Origin: Candidatus Nomurabacteria bacterium
Lineage (GTDB): Bacteria; Patescibacteriota; Minisyncoccia; Phycocordibacterales; UBA9973
Direction of reading: 5' to 3'
Length of the DNA stretch: 52,744 nucleotides
NCBI GenBank assembly: GCA_026395915.1
Contig: JAPLXU010000018.1
Span: 23,832 to 76,575, forward strand
A program made the position numbers and the translations under genes. How positions within the stretch are numbered: position 1 is the first letter of the stretch; every line of letters begins with the position of its first letter. Under the pieces are notes generated by a model that worked only from the letters and a program-made list of their open reading frames with translations, was not told the DNA's origin and did not search any database. This document shows positions 1 to 8,100 of the stretch, in pieces.

Positions 1-996
1 AGCGTCACAGGGTTCATCACCCATAAAATATTTTGAACCGAGACCGTTACAAACAGGACAAGCTCCATAAGGAGAATTGAAAGAAAACAAACGGGGCTCG
101 ACTTCTGGAAAAGAGAAGCCGTCATTCTTGCAAGCGAATTTTGCAGAAAGAATGAATTCATTAGAATCTAGACCCCCTCCTTTCTCCTCCCCCTTATTAA
201 GGGGGAGGTTGGGTAGGGGTCCTATTTTAATAGCCACCAATCCATCAGACTCAATAAGCGCTCGTTCGATAGCTTCAGAAAGTCGCATACGGCTATTTTC
301 TTTGTTTTCTGCGAATTCCTGTACAGCAAAATGATCCACTAAAATATCAATATTGTGAGCTTTGTTCTTAGAAAGAGTAATTTGCTCACGAAGTTTTTTC
401 ATCGCGCCGTCGAGGCGAATCTCGGCAAAACCTTTTCCGAGCAAATCATAAAGCAACTGGTAATATTCCCCTTTTCTGCCACGAACTACCGGAGAAAAAA
501 TACTAATTTGAGAATCTTCCGAAGAGAAATTCTTCTTCGGAAGATTCTCTACTTTCCCCAAAACAAAATTTAAAATTTCCTCGTTTGAAAGTTTTTTTAT
601 TTCTTCTCCGCATTGCGGGCAGTGCGGGTGTCCGATACGCGCATACATCACTCGCAGATAATCATAAATTTCTGTGATCGTTGCTACCGTCGAACGCGGA
701 TTGTTGGAACGAGATTTTTGATCGATGGAAATTGCCGGCGAAAGACCGGTGATTTCATCAACGTCTGGTTTCGGCATCTGGTTCAAGAATTGCCGAGCGT
801 AAGAAGAGAGCGATTCTACATATCGCCTCTGTCCTTCCGCAAAAATAGTGTCAAAAGCAAGCGAGGACTTGCCGGATCCAGAAACACCAGTAATAACCAC
901 CATTTTATTGCGTGGCATCTCAACATCTATGTTTCTTAGATTGTGAGTCCTAGCCCCTTTAACTATTATTTTATCTATATTTTCTTGATTTTTCAT
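1..996 (-). CDS. uvrA: Excinuclease ABC subunit A (UvrA), N-terminal ~332 codons; 3' end lies outside the window
   Basis: Absent from the ORF track because it runs off the edge. Reverse complement from ATG (996-994) reads [71 protein letters not shown] (Walker A). Further on: [11 protein letters not shown] and [21 protein letters not shown] zinc-finger motifs. The frame is open to position 1. Confidence 0.9.
   Translation of the reverse strand, partial: MKNQENIDKIIVKGARTHNLRNIDVEMPRNKMVVITGVSGSGKSSLAFDTIFAEGQRRYVESLSSYARQFLNQMPKPDVDEITGLSPAISIDQKSRSNNPRSTVATITEIYDYLRVMYARIGHPHCPQCGEEIKKLSNEEILNFVLGKVENLPKKNFSSEDSQISIFSPVVRGRKGEYYQLLYDLLGKGFAEIRLDGAMKKLREQITLSKNKAHNIDILVDHFAVQEFAENKENSRMRLSEAIERALIESDGLVAIKIGPLPNLPLNKGEEKGGGLDSNEFILSAKFACKNDGFSFPEVEPRLFSFNSPYGACPVCNGLGSKYFMGDEPCDA
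171..221. repeat. GC-rich palindromic element (CCTCCCC-loop-GGGGAGG family), in-frame inside uvrA
   Basis: gaccccctcctttctCCTCCCCCttattaaGGGGGAGGttgggtaggggtc: 8-bp core stem plus outer GACCCC/GGGGTC pairing. Translated in uvrA as [17 protein letters not shown]. Close relatives at 20149-20217 and 33553-33619. Confidence 0.7.
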
Positions 997-1099
997 TTGA
1001 TTTTAACGTAATAAACACAACGACACCCCGCCGTCTCCATAGGGGGTGTGTATCAATATTTAACTCGGTCTAGTATAGCAGAAAAATTTTAAAAGTCTT

Positions 1100-3421
1100 C
1101 TATTTCTCTTTCTTCCCCAAACGTTCTTTTAATACTCCAATTTCATCTCGCAATATCGCCGCGGTTTCGAAGTCCAATTCTTTCACAGCCTTATTCATTT
1201 CCTTCTCTTTTATTTTAATTATTTTTTCATAAATAAGATTGCCCCGCTCTTCATCAGACAAAATCTGATTCCATAATTCGGAATTAACTTTCTTGCGTCC
1301 GAGTTTTTCCTCTTGGCTGAGTTCTTTGGAATAAGCTTTCTTGAAAACTTCCAAATCAAGTTTGAGTTCCGCATTTACGATTTTTCCATGCTCGCTTTCC
1401 ATCTCTTCAGTAATATCTTTTATCTTTTTTACTATAGTTTTAGGAGTAATACCGTGTTTTTTGTTATAAGCAAGTTGAATATTTCGACGGCGAGCGGTTT
1501 CTTTTAAAGCGTATTCGATGGCGCTTGTCATGACATCGGCGTATAAAATAACTTTACCTTCGCTGTTCCTCGCGGCGCGACCGATAACTTGAATAAGCGA
1601 CGTTTCAGAACGCAAAAATCCCGCTTTGTCAGCATCCAGAATTCCAATCAAAGCAACTTCAGGCAAATCGAGCCCTTCTCGCAGCAAGTTTACACCAACT
1701 AAAACATCAAATTCGCCTTTTCGAAACTGTGTGAGAATCTTGATTCGTTCCATTGTTTTTATATCACTGTGCAGATACTCCGCTTTTATTTTTTTGTCTT
1801 TCAAATAGACAGAAAGATCTTCCGCCATCTTTTTTGTCAGTGTTGTAGCCAGAATGCGAAAACCTTTTGCGATTGTTTTTTCCGCCTCAGCGATGAAATC
1901 TTGAATTTGGCCGGGAAAAAGCGAGAAGTTTTCTTTTTTGGGTGTCTCGCAAGCCGACGGGCCGAGAGGCAGCGCTGGGACAGCAGTCCCAGACAGCGAC
2001 CCAAAAAAGGAAGACTTATCGCTTTTTCCGAAAATTTTACTTTCAGAAACCGGTCTCACTACGGTCTCCGGATCCACGAGCCCAGTCGGACGAATTATTT
2101 GCTCCACAATTTGTTCGCTCTGCGTTCTTTCTTGTTCGCTCGGAGTCGCGCTGGTGTAAATGACGGAACTGATTCTTTTTTGAAATTCCTCATATTTGAG
2201 AGGCCTGTTGTCTTTTGCTGATGGCAGACGAAAACCGTATTCCACAAGGGTATTTTTGCGAGAAGCATCTCCAGCATACATACCTTGGAGTTGGGGCAGG
2301 GTGACGTGTGATTCGTCGATAATTGTCAAAAAACCTGTCTTTGGAAAATATGAAAGCAACGTTTCTGGCGGTTCCCCTTCCGCTTTCCCAGACAAATGTC
2401 TCGAATAATTTTCAATCCCGTTACAATAACCGATCTCTTTTATCATCGCTAAATCATAATTTGTTCTTCTTTTGATTCTTTCCACTTCTAGCAATTTACC
2501 TTCTTTTTTGAATTTTTTAAGTTGAACTTCTAATTCCTTTTTAATATTCACTAAAGCCTTTTTCTTTTTTTCATCCTCAGTTATAAAGTGTTTGGCAGGA
2601 AAAATAAAAATATTTTTTTCCCCGCCTTCATCGCTATGCCAGCCCGAATCGCTACGCGAAGCGTTGCTGGCGGGCGAAGCATTGCGGGCAGGTTCTTTCA
2701 AAATTTGTGACGAGATTGGATCTATTTTAAGAATTTTTGAAATTACCCCTCCTGATATTTCAACTTGATACATAATAGACTCTGAAACAGGCATGAATTC
2801 CACCCTAGATCCGAGGGAACGAAAACTGCCGGGTGTAAGGTCTGCATTTGTGCGTTCGAAATGTATAGCAATGAGAGATTTCATCAAAGCCATCCTGTCC
2901 ATCTTTTGTCCAACCTCTAATTTAAGATTAACTTTTTCATATTCCTCCGGAGAACCCAAACCATAAATACAAGACACTGAAGCGACTATGATGACGTCAG
3001 GACGAGTGAGAAGAGCTTGAGTGGAAGCATGGCGAAGCATGTCTATCTCTTTGTTGATAGAAGCGTCCTTTTCGATATAAGTATCCGAGGCCGGCATGTA
3101 AGCTTCCGGTTGGTAGTAATCATAGTAAGAAACGAAATAGTGCACAGCAGAATTTGGAAAAAATAATTTAAACTCCTGCGCGAGTTGGGCGGCGAGAGTT
3201 TTATTGTGAGCTATCACCAGGGTCGGTTTGTTGTATTCCGCTATCACGTTTGCCATTGTGAAAGTTTTCCCCGTGCCTGTGGCCCCGAGCAATGTTTGTT
3301 TCTTCATTCCCTTTTTGAGCCCTTCACAGAGCTTCGAAATAGCCGAGGGTTGATCACCGCTTGGCTCCCAAGGCTTGCACAACTTGAAAATATTGGACTT
3401 TTTCTCCTCTCTTTTTAACAT
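1100..3421 (-). CDS. uvrB: Excinuclease ABC subunit B (UvrB), 773 aa, enlarged by two GC-rich insertions
   Basis: GATGTGKTFT Walker A, RPTGLVDP, ATTLTKKMAEDLSVYL, C-terminal UVR-like coiled coil (FETAAILRDEI). ATG start at 3421. Confidence 0.95.
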   Translation of the reverse strand: MLKREEKKSNIFKLCKPWEPSGDQPSAISKLCEGLKKGMKKQTLLGATGTGKTFTMANVIAEYNKPTLVIAHNKTLAAQLAQEFKLFFPNSAVHYFVSYYDYYQPEAYMPASDTYIEKDASINKEIDMLRHASTQALLTRPDVIIVASVSCIYGLGSPEEYEKVNLKLEVGQKMDRMALMKSLIAIHFERTNADLTPGSFRSLGSRVEFMPVSESIMYQVEISGGVISKILKIDPISSQILKEPARNASPASNASRSDSGWHSDEGGEKNIFIFPAKHFITEDEKKKKALVNIKKELEVQLKKFKKEGKLLEVERIKRRTNYDLAMIKEIGYCNGIENYSRHLSGKAEGEPPETLLSYFPKTGFLTIIDESHVTLPQLQGMYAGDASRKNTLVEYGFRLPSAKDNRPLKYEEFQKRISSVIYTSATPSEQERTQSEQIVEQIIRPTGLVDPETVVRPVSESKIFGKSDKSSFFGSLSGTAVPALPLGPSACETPKKENFSLFPGQIQDFIAEAEKTIAKGFRILATTLTKKMAEDLSVYLKDKKIKAEYLHSDIKTMERIKILTQFRKGEFDVLVGVNLLREGLDLPEVALIGILDADKAGFLRSETSLIQVIGRAARNSEGKVILYADVMTSAIEYALKETARRRNIQLAYNKKHGITPKTIVKKIKDITEEMESEHGKIVNAELKLDLEVFKKAYSKELSQEEKLGRKKVNSELWNQILSDEERGNLIYEKIIKIKEKEMNKAVKELDFETAAILRDEIGVLKERLGKKEK
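1912..2046. repeat. ~135-bp nested palindromic insertion in uvrB (63-bp GC-rich core 1940-2002 plus ~30-bp inverted arms)
   Basis: Arms cgggaaaaagcgagaagttttcttttttg (1912-1940) and ccaaaaaaggaagacttatcgctttttccg (2001-2030) are imperfect reverse complements. The core GGGTGTCTCGCAAGCCGACGGGCCGAGAGGCAGCGCTGGGACAGCAGTCCCAGACAGCGACCC recurs in inverted orientation in pcrA. It encodes an extra ~44 aa between VRPV and GQIQDF, the region that lies between conserved UvrB motifs. Confidence 0.8.
2620..2690. repeat. Second GC-rich imperfect palindrome, in-frame in uvrB
   Basis: cccgccttcatcgctatgccagc ... gctggcgggcgaagcattgcggg with ends pairing (GCCAGC/GCTGGC, CCCGC/GCGGG) around a CGCT-acgcga-AGCG centre. 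Translated as PARNASPASNASRSDSGWHSDEGG. Strong local GC excess against AT-rich flanks. Confidence 0.5.
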
Positions 3422-3625
3422 AAACCTATCCTATCACAAGTAAATGAATTATTGATTCAAGTGATAAGTCAACTCACTAGTATAGCCAAAGCTGTCATAA
3501 GCTTTAAATATAATATGATAAGCCAACGCGGAGCTTACTATTGTGAATACTAAAAAATAGACCAGCGTTAAATTAATTCTATGTTTATTGATCATTCAGT
3601 GATTATATCACTTTGAAAAATTTTG

Positions 3626-3698
3626 TGCGCCCGGTTGGGATCGAACCAACGACCTTATCCTTAAAAGGGATCTGCTCTACCGACTGAGCTACGGGCGC
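3626..3698 (-). tRNA. tRNA-Lys (anticodon UUU), 73 nt, no encoded CCA
   Basis: Reverse complement GCGCCCGTAGCTCAGTCGGTAGAGCAGATCCCTTTTAAGGATAAGGTCGTTGGTTCGATCCCAACCGGGCGCA. It has a 7-bp acceptor stem, GCTC/GAGC D-stem, CTTTTAA anticodon loop and GTTGG-TTCGATC-CCAAC T-arm. Confidence 0.9.
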
Positions 3699-3740
3699 AT
3701 ACTTGAAAATATATATGAAATAAGGGTAAAAATCAAGACA

Positions 3741-4388
3741 TTAAAAAACTTCCAACAAAAACTGTTCAAAAACAGACTCAGCGTCGCGACCTTCCTTACG
3801 CGCTTCGGGTAAGAGATATGAAAGACGAGACGCAAAACCTTTGAGTTCGGGTTCAGAGAACTTTCGAAAATTTTTCTTAATTATCATATCTTTGATTTTC
3901 CAAAAAAGAACGCCGATAAGTTCTTCCATCCCTACCCCTTTGTCCATCGCCTGCCTGAAATAAATCCACATATTCAATTTGTCTTTTTTTTCAAACGCAT
4001 TTGCCACTAAAAAGTTGTCAAATTTTTCTTTTTTTTCTTTTGGTAGCTCAAAGACATTTATTTTCGCGCCGACTTTTTTGAAAGCGTCCAATATGGGTTT
4101 ATTTAATTTACTTTCTAAAAATATGAAAGAATTAGTTGATTTTTCCATTAACTTTAATTTCTCCAGAATGAAATCTCTAGTTTCTTCGTATTCAAAAATA
4201 TTAGAAAACACTACCGCGGATTTTGCAGAAAAAAGACTGGAGCCGGAATACAAGCTCTCGATTTGTGCAGAATTAAAATTATTTCTACTCACAGGAAAAA
4301 TCTCCACAACGCTGGGTATTGATTTCACAAATTTCTCATGAGAAACAAGTTTATTTTTGGCGTCGTCTCCGCAAAAAAGATAAATCAT
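3741..4388 (-). CDS. Possible DNA polymerase III delta subunit-like protein (HolA-like), weak assignment
   Basis: The N-terminus MIYLFCGDDAKNKL resembles the HolA start (iyLfyGed). At 215 aa it is short for HolA. No other motif recognised. Confidence 0.4.
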   Translation of the reverse strand: MIYLFCGDDAKNKLVSHEKFVKSIPSVVEIFPVSRNNFNSAQIESLYSGSSLFSAKSAVVFSNIFEYEETRDFILEKLKLMEKSTNSFIFLESKLNKPILDAFKKVGAKINVFELPKEKKEKFDNFLVANAFEKKDKLNMWIYFRQAMDKGVGMEELIGVLFWKIKDMIIKKNFRKFSEPELKGFASRLSYLLPEARKEGRDAESVFEQFLLEVF

Positions 4389-4400
4389 AATTGAAAAGAA

Positions 4401-4880
4401 TTAAAACTTCACCGCTTTTTTGTACTCGGTGTAAGGAACACCATATCTCTCTTCCAGAATCCGTTCCTGTTTTTCCAAAAAGATAAATTTTGAGATGAGA
4501 AAAGAAATAATCGTGAAAGAAACCACAAACGGCGCGTCCGCGATAATACCGAAACCCAAAATCAAAAAGAAGAGTCCCCAATGTGTCGGAGTTCTGGTGA
4601 AACAATACGGCCCCCTGCAAAAAGTTTCCTTGCTGAGATTCTCTGTTTTTAAATTTCGCGAAGTCTTTTGCGCCCAGATAATTAACAAACTGGCAAATAC
4701 CAAAAAAATAATGCCAACTGGAATCGCGAAAGTGCCAGTGAATATTTTGAATCTGAAAGTAATATCCAAACAAACGCCGATCAAAAATAGAATAAAATAC
4801 ATGGTGTAAGAATGCGCCAGAATTCTGTGTACTCTGTTTTTGTGAGGTCTGCTATCTAATGTTTTATCCTCTATTTCCAT
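4401..4880 (-). CDS. Membrane methyltransferase-like protein (ICMT/PEMT-type), polytopic
   Basis: Four hydrophobic segments. GPYCFTRTPTHWGLFFLILG resembles the GPYrxvRHPxYxG motif of isoprenylcysteine/phospholipid methyltransferase family proteins. Confidence 0.55.
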   Translation of the reverse strand: MEIEDKTLDSRPHKNRVHRILAHSYTMYFILFLIGVCLDITFRFKIFTGTFAIPVGIIFLVFASLLIIWAQKTSRNLKTENLSKETFCRGPYCFTRTPTHWGLFFLILGFGIIADAPFVVSFTIISFLISKFIFLEKQERILEERYGVPYTEYKKAVKF

Positions 4881-4964
4881 TTCCTTATTATACTACAAAA
4901 TTTCCTATTTTACCTCTCCAAAATTGTCTCCTCGGTTTACTGAATTTTAACTTTATATTTTGCC

Positions 4965-5624
4965 TCAACTTTTTTTCAGAATATCTTTAACCCTCTTTTC
5001 CCAAAGCTTTTTCCTGCTTTCAATTAATACCACTTCCTTACCTTTATATTTTGTTAAACGCTCGCACATATTTTTTATTGATAACTCCTCAAAGCTCATT
5101 ATAGAATCAACTATCCAATTTGTTATTTCAGATATGTTTTTTTCAGGTAATCCCCTAAAACATTCTGCTATTTGCTTTCGATAATATTCTATCTTTGGTC
5201 CTTTACCTAATCTTAAAAGCCAAGCTATGTGCCTAGAGTTGGAGAAATATTTTCCTTCTTTAAGCTCTGACAACATTTCATTAAATGAAAAGTCTAATGG
5301 AGTATCCTGAAAACTGACTTCAAGATTATATTCATTTTTTATTTCAGTTTTTAATTTATCACAAACCCTTTTTATTCTCTCTAGAACTTGTTCCTCATCT
5401 TCACCATCATTTAAAAGAGAGTCATACATAACCTGAATGTCTAAATCGGAATTTCCTTCCCTATAACCCAAAACGGTGGAACCGAAAGGAACTATTCCAA
5501 CAAAACTTTTCTCCTTACATAATTCATCATTGATTCTATCAATAACACGTAATTCCCTTTTACTTTCATGCCCTTCTGTATCTCTAAATATAAAAAGTTT
5601 TTTCTCAAAAGAAATATCTTCCAT
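4965..5624 (-). CDS. Nucleotidyltransferase-domain protein (Pol-beta superfamily)
   Basis: GIVPFGSTVLGYREGNSDLDIQV contains the G-S ... D-x-D minimal NTase signature. The C-terminal part looks helical. Confidence 0.6.
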   Translation of the reverse strand: MEDISFEKKLFIFRDTEGHESKRELRVIDRINDELCKEKSFVGIVPFGSTVLGYREGNSDLDIQVMYDSLLNDGEDEEQVLERIKRVCDKLKTEIKNEYNLEVSFQDTPLDFSFNEMLSELKEGKYFSNSRHIAWLLRLGKGPKIEYYRKQIAECFRGLPEKNISEITNWIVDSIMSFEELSIKNMCERLTKYKGKEVVLIESRKKLWEKRVKDILKKS

Positions 5625-5649
5625 AGAAAATATTATACCACCTAATACT

Positions 5650-8064
5650 CTATTTTACCTCTCCAAAATTGTCTCCGGAACCTGAATGCACTTCAAGTGG
5701 AATATCAGTTTTGTAATGCAAATACGACCTTTCGAGCACGTTTTGCATGGCGTTTTTTATTATTTTTTCAGCTTTTTCCAAAACACCATCCTCTATTTCA
5801 TAAACAAGTTCGTCGTGAATTTGCAAGACGAGATGAGCTTTGTCTAAAAGCTTCCCCTCTTTCAAATCTTCTTCCGTGTATCTGATAGCGAGCTTGATGA
5901 TGTCCGCTGTGGCTGTGCCTTGGATCGGAGCGTTTATCGCTGTTCGTTCTGCCATGTTTTTCAAAAATGGAATTCTGGAATTTATATTTGGAAAATATCT
6001 GCGTCTGCCGAACAAAGTCTCAGTGTAAGAATTTTTCAAGGCAAATCTTTTTACCTCTTCCAAATAATCTCGCACGCCGGAAAATTGATTGAAATAATTG
6101 TCGTAAAATTTTTGCGCTTCCTCGCGAGTACCTCCGAGATTTTTTCGCAGAGATGAAACTCCCATACCGTAAATTATACCGAAATTTATAACTTTCGCTT
6201 TGCGACGCATCTCACTGTCAACTTTATCCAAAGGTACACCAAAAACAAACGAAGCGACTCCGGAATGAATATCTTTTTTCTCGCGAAAGATCTGTGTCAT
6301 CTTTTTATCCCCCGACATCATCGCCGCCACACGCAATTCAATCTGACTATAATCAAAAGCGCAAAGCTTGGAGCCTTTACCCGCAATAAACCCGCCACGA
6401 ATTTTTTTACCCAACTCAGTTTTTATCGGCAAGTTCTGCAAATTCGGATCCTGTGAAGAAAATCTCCCCGTCGTTGTGCCATTTTGTAAAAATTTTGCAT
6501 GGAGTCTGTTGTCCTCGCCTGTCATTTTTGGAATTACATCAATATAAGTGGAAAGTAATTTTTGTAATTCACGATAAGCTAAAATTTCTTTGATTATCGG
6601 ATTTTCTTCCTCCAATTCTTCCAACACAGAAACTTTTGTGGAAAAAGAACCAGAGGCATTTTTCTTTTTACTTGATTTCATACCCATTTTTCCAAACAAT
6701 ACTTCGCCCATTTGTTTAGGAGAATTGATATTGAATTCCGTGCCCGCCATTTTATATATTTTCGAGGTGAGCTTGTCCAGTTCCTCATGATACTCGGCCG
6801 ATAAATTTTTAAAATATTTTTTGTCTATCAAAATTCCATAATCTTCCATTTCTTTCACTGCGCTCATTATTGGGCGTTCAATTTCTGAATATATTTTATC
6901 CAGTTTATTTTCTTTCAGCTGGTCGAAAATATAATCGTAGGCGGTCTCAAAGGAATCCGTGTTTGCAAACAATAAGATATCGCTCAATTGGGGATTTGAA
7001 ATATCGGAATTTATGAGCCAAAGAGCTATGCTAGCTTCTTGAAGCTTGATGGGGGAAGAAAAATTCAGAGAATTTTCTAGTGGTCTGGCCGGGGCGAGGG
7101 GCCCCGGGGAACCGAGGACCCTAGAAAATTCTTCTGGATTTTTCTTCTCTTCCCTTCCAAAGAAATTTTTCAGACGTCCAAACAAACTTCTAAATTCAAA
7201 CTTGGCAAAAACTTGTTCCACTTTTTTCGGATCCACTGTCTCCCAAAAAGTTTTATCCGGCAGAACAAAATCCACGGGCGCGTCTGTTCTGATTTTAGCC
7301 AAGGTTTTTGAAAAAAGCGCTTCCTCTTCGTTGTTTTTTATCAACTCTATCATCCTCTTGCTTATACCGGCCTTTTCAAAAATTTCTTCATCTTTTCTTA
7401 TTTTTTTGTAAATTTCTTCAATAGTTCCAAAAGTTGAAATCAAAATCGTGGCTGTCTTTTCTCCGATGCCTTTGATGCCTTTGATGTTGTCGGACGGATC
7501 TCCGCGCAATCCTTTGTAGTCCGGCAAAAGTTTCGGTTTGAACCCAAAACGATTTACGACTGCGTCCTCGTCATATAAAATTGTGTCATTGATACCTTTT
7601 TTCAAAGTGTAAACCTGCACTTTTTTATCATCTACCAATTGCATCGTGTCCATATCACCCGACGCAATAATTATATTCACATCATTGTTCTTCATTTGCT
7701 CGACTATCGTCCCAATGACATCATCAGCTTCGAAACCCGGACAGTCGTACATGGGAATGCCAAAAGCTTCAAATATAGAGCGAGAATTTTTTAATTGCAT
7801 AATGAGCGCGTCGTCAGCTTTTGCTCGCCCGGCTTTGTATGCGTCATAAGCTTCGTGTCTGAATGTTTTCTGTGGTAAGTCATAACAGGCCACAATAAAG
7901 TCCGGTTTCAAATCTGTAATTATCTTCATCAGCATTGAAGAAAGCCCATACAAAGCGCCCGTCGGTTCGCCCTTGGAAGACAAAAACTCAGGCAAGGCGT
8001 GATAGGCGCGATGGATTATAGCGTGAGAATCGAGCAAAACAAGAGTTCTTGTATCTTTAGGCAT
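5650..8064 (-). CDS. polA: DNA polymerase I (5' nuclease plus polymerase domains), start reassigned to MPKDTRTLVLLDSHAIIHRAYHALP
   Basis: 5'-nuclease N-terminus, motif A DYSQIELRV, motif B RRKAKVINFGIIYG, motif C QIHDELV. The track ORF extends to 8193, but the conserved protein begins at the ATG at 8064-8062. Confidence 0.93.
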   Translation of the reverse strand: MPKDTRTLVLLDSHAIIHRAYHALPEFLSSKGEPTGALYGLSSMLMKIITDLKPDFIVACYDLPQKTFRHEAYDAYKAGRAKADDALIMQLKNSRSIFEAFGIPMYDCPGFEADDVIGTIVEQMKNNDVNIIIASGDMDTMQLVDDKKVQVYTLKKGINDTILYDEDAVVNRFGFKPKLLPDYKGLRGDPSDNIKGIKGIGEKTATILISTFGTIEEIYKKIRKDEEIFEKAGISKRMIELIKNNEEEALFSKTLAKIRTDAPVDFVLPDKTFWETVDPKKVEQVFAKFEFRSLFGRLKNFFGREEKKNPEEFSRVLGSPGPLAPARPLENSLNFSSPIKLQEASIALWLINSDISNPQLSDILLFANTDSFETAYDYIFDQLKENKLDKIYSEIERPIMSAVKEMEDYGILIDKKYFKNLSAEYHEELDKLTSKIYKMAGTEFNINSPKQMGEVLFGKMGMKSSKKKNASGSFSTKVSVLEELEEENPIIKEILAYRELQKLLSTYIDVIPKMTGEDNRLHAKFLQNGTTTGRFSSQDPNLQNLPIKTELGKKIRGGFIAGKGSKLCAFDYSQIELRVAAMMSGDKKMTQIFREKKDIHSGVASFVFGVPLDKVDSEMRRKAKVINFGIIYGMGVSSLRKNLGGTREEAQKFYDNYFNQFSGVRDYLEEVKRFALKNSYTETLFGRRRYFPNINSRIPFLKNMAERTAINAPIQGTATADIIKLAIRYTEEDLKEGKLLDKAHLVLQIHDELVYEIEDGVLEKAEKIIKNAMQNVLERSYLHYKTDIPLEVHSGSGDNFGEVK
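7051..7154. repeat. ~104-bp palindromic insertion in polA (AT-rich inverted arms, GC-rich core)
   Basis: The left arm gggggaagaaaaattcagagaattttctag (7051-7080) is an imperfect reverse complement of ctagaaaattcttctggatttttcttctcttccc (7121-7154). Core: tggtctggccggggcgaggggccccggggaaccgaggacc. Translated as ...PEEFSRVLGSPGPLAPARPLENSLNFSSP... in the linker between the nuclease and polymerase domains. Confidence 0.7.
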
Positions 8065-8100
8065 TGTGTAAATTATACCATTTAAGCTACAATATATAAA

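Noticed and set aside
1023-1049. ACACCCC...GGGGTGT hairpin between uvrB and uvrA as a terminator
   Set aside because: There is no U-tract on the transcribed (minus) strand, and uvrB-uvrA are probably co-transcribed. It may be a small member of the GC-hairpin families, but the evidence is thin.
1313-2408. Multiple 60-150-aa plus-strand ORFs antisense to uvrB. Similar antisense ORFs occur in polA, the 222-aa gene (9190..9696), pilB, the dap genes, the VirB6-like gene (41124..41591) and the 170-aa gene (39734..40165).
   Set aside because: All lie fully inside well-supported genes on the other strand. They have low-complexity translations and no motifs, which is typical of shadow ORFs.
3449-3595. 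48-codon minus-strand ORF (MINKHRINLTLVYFLVFTIVSSALAYHIIF...) between tRNA-Lys and uvrB
   Set aside because: It has one hydrophobic segment but no SD and no evidence of conservation. I cannot support it as a gene.
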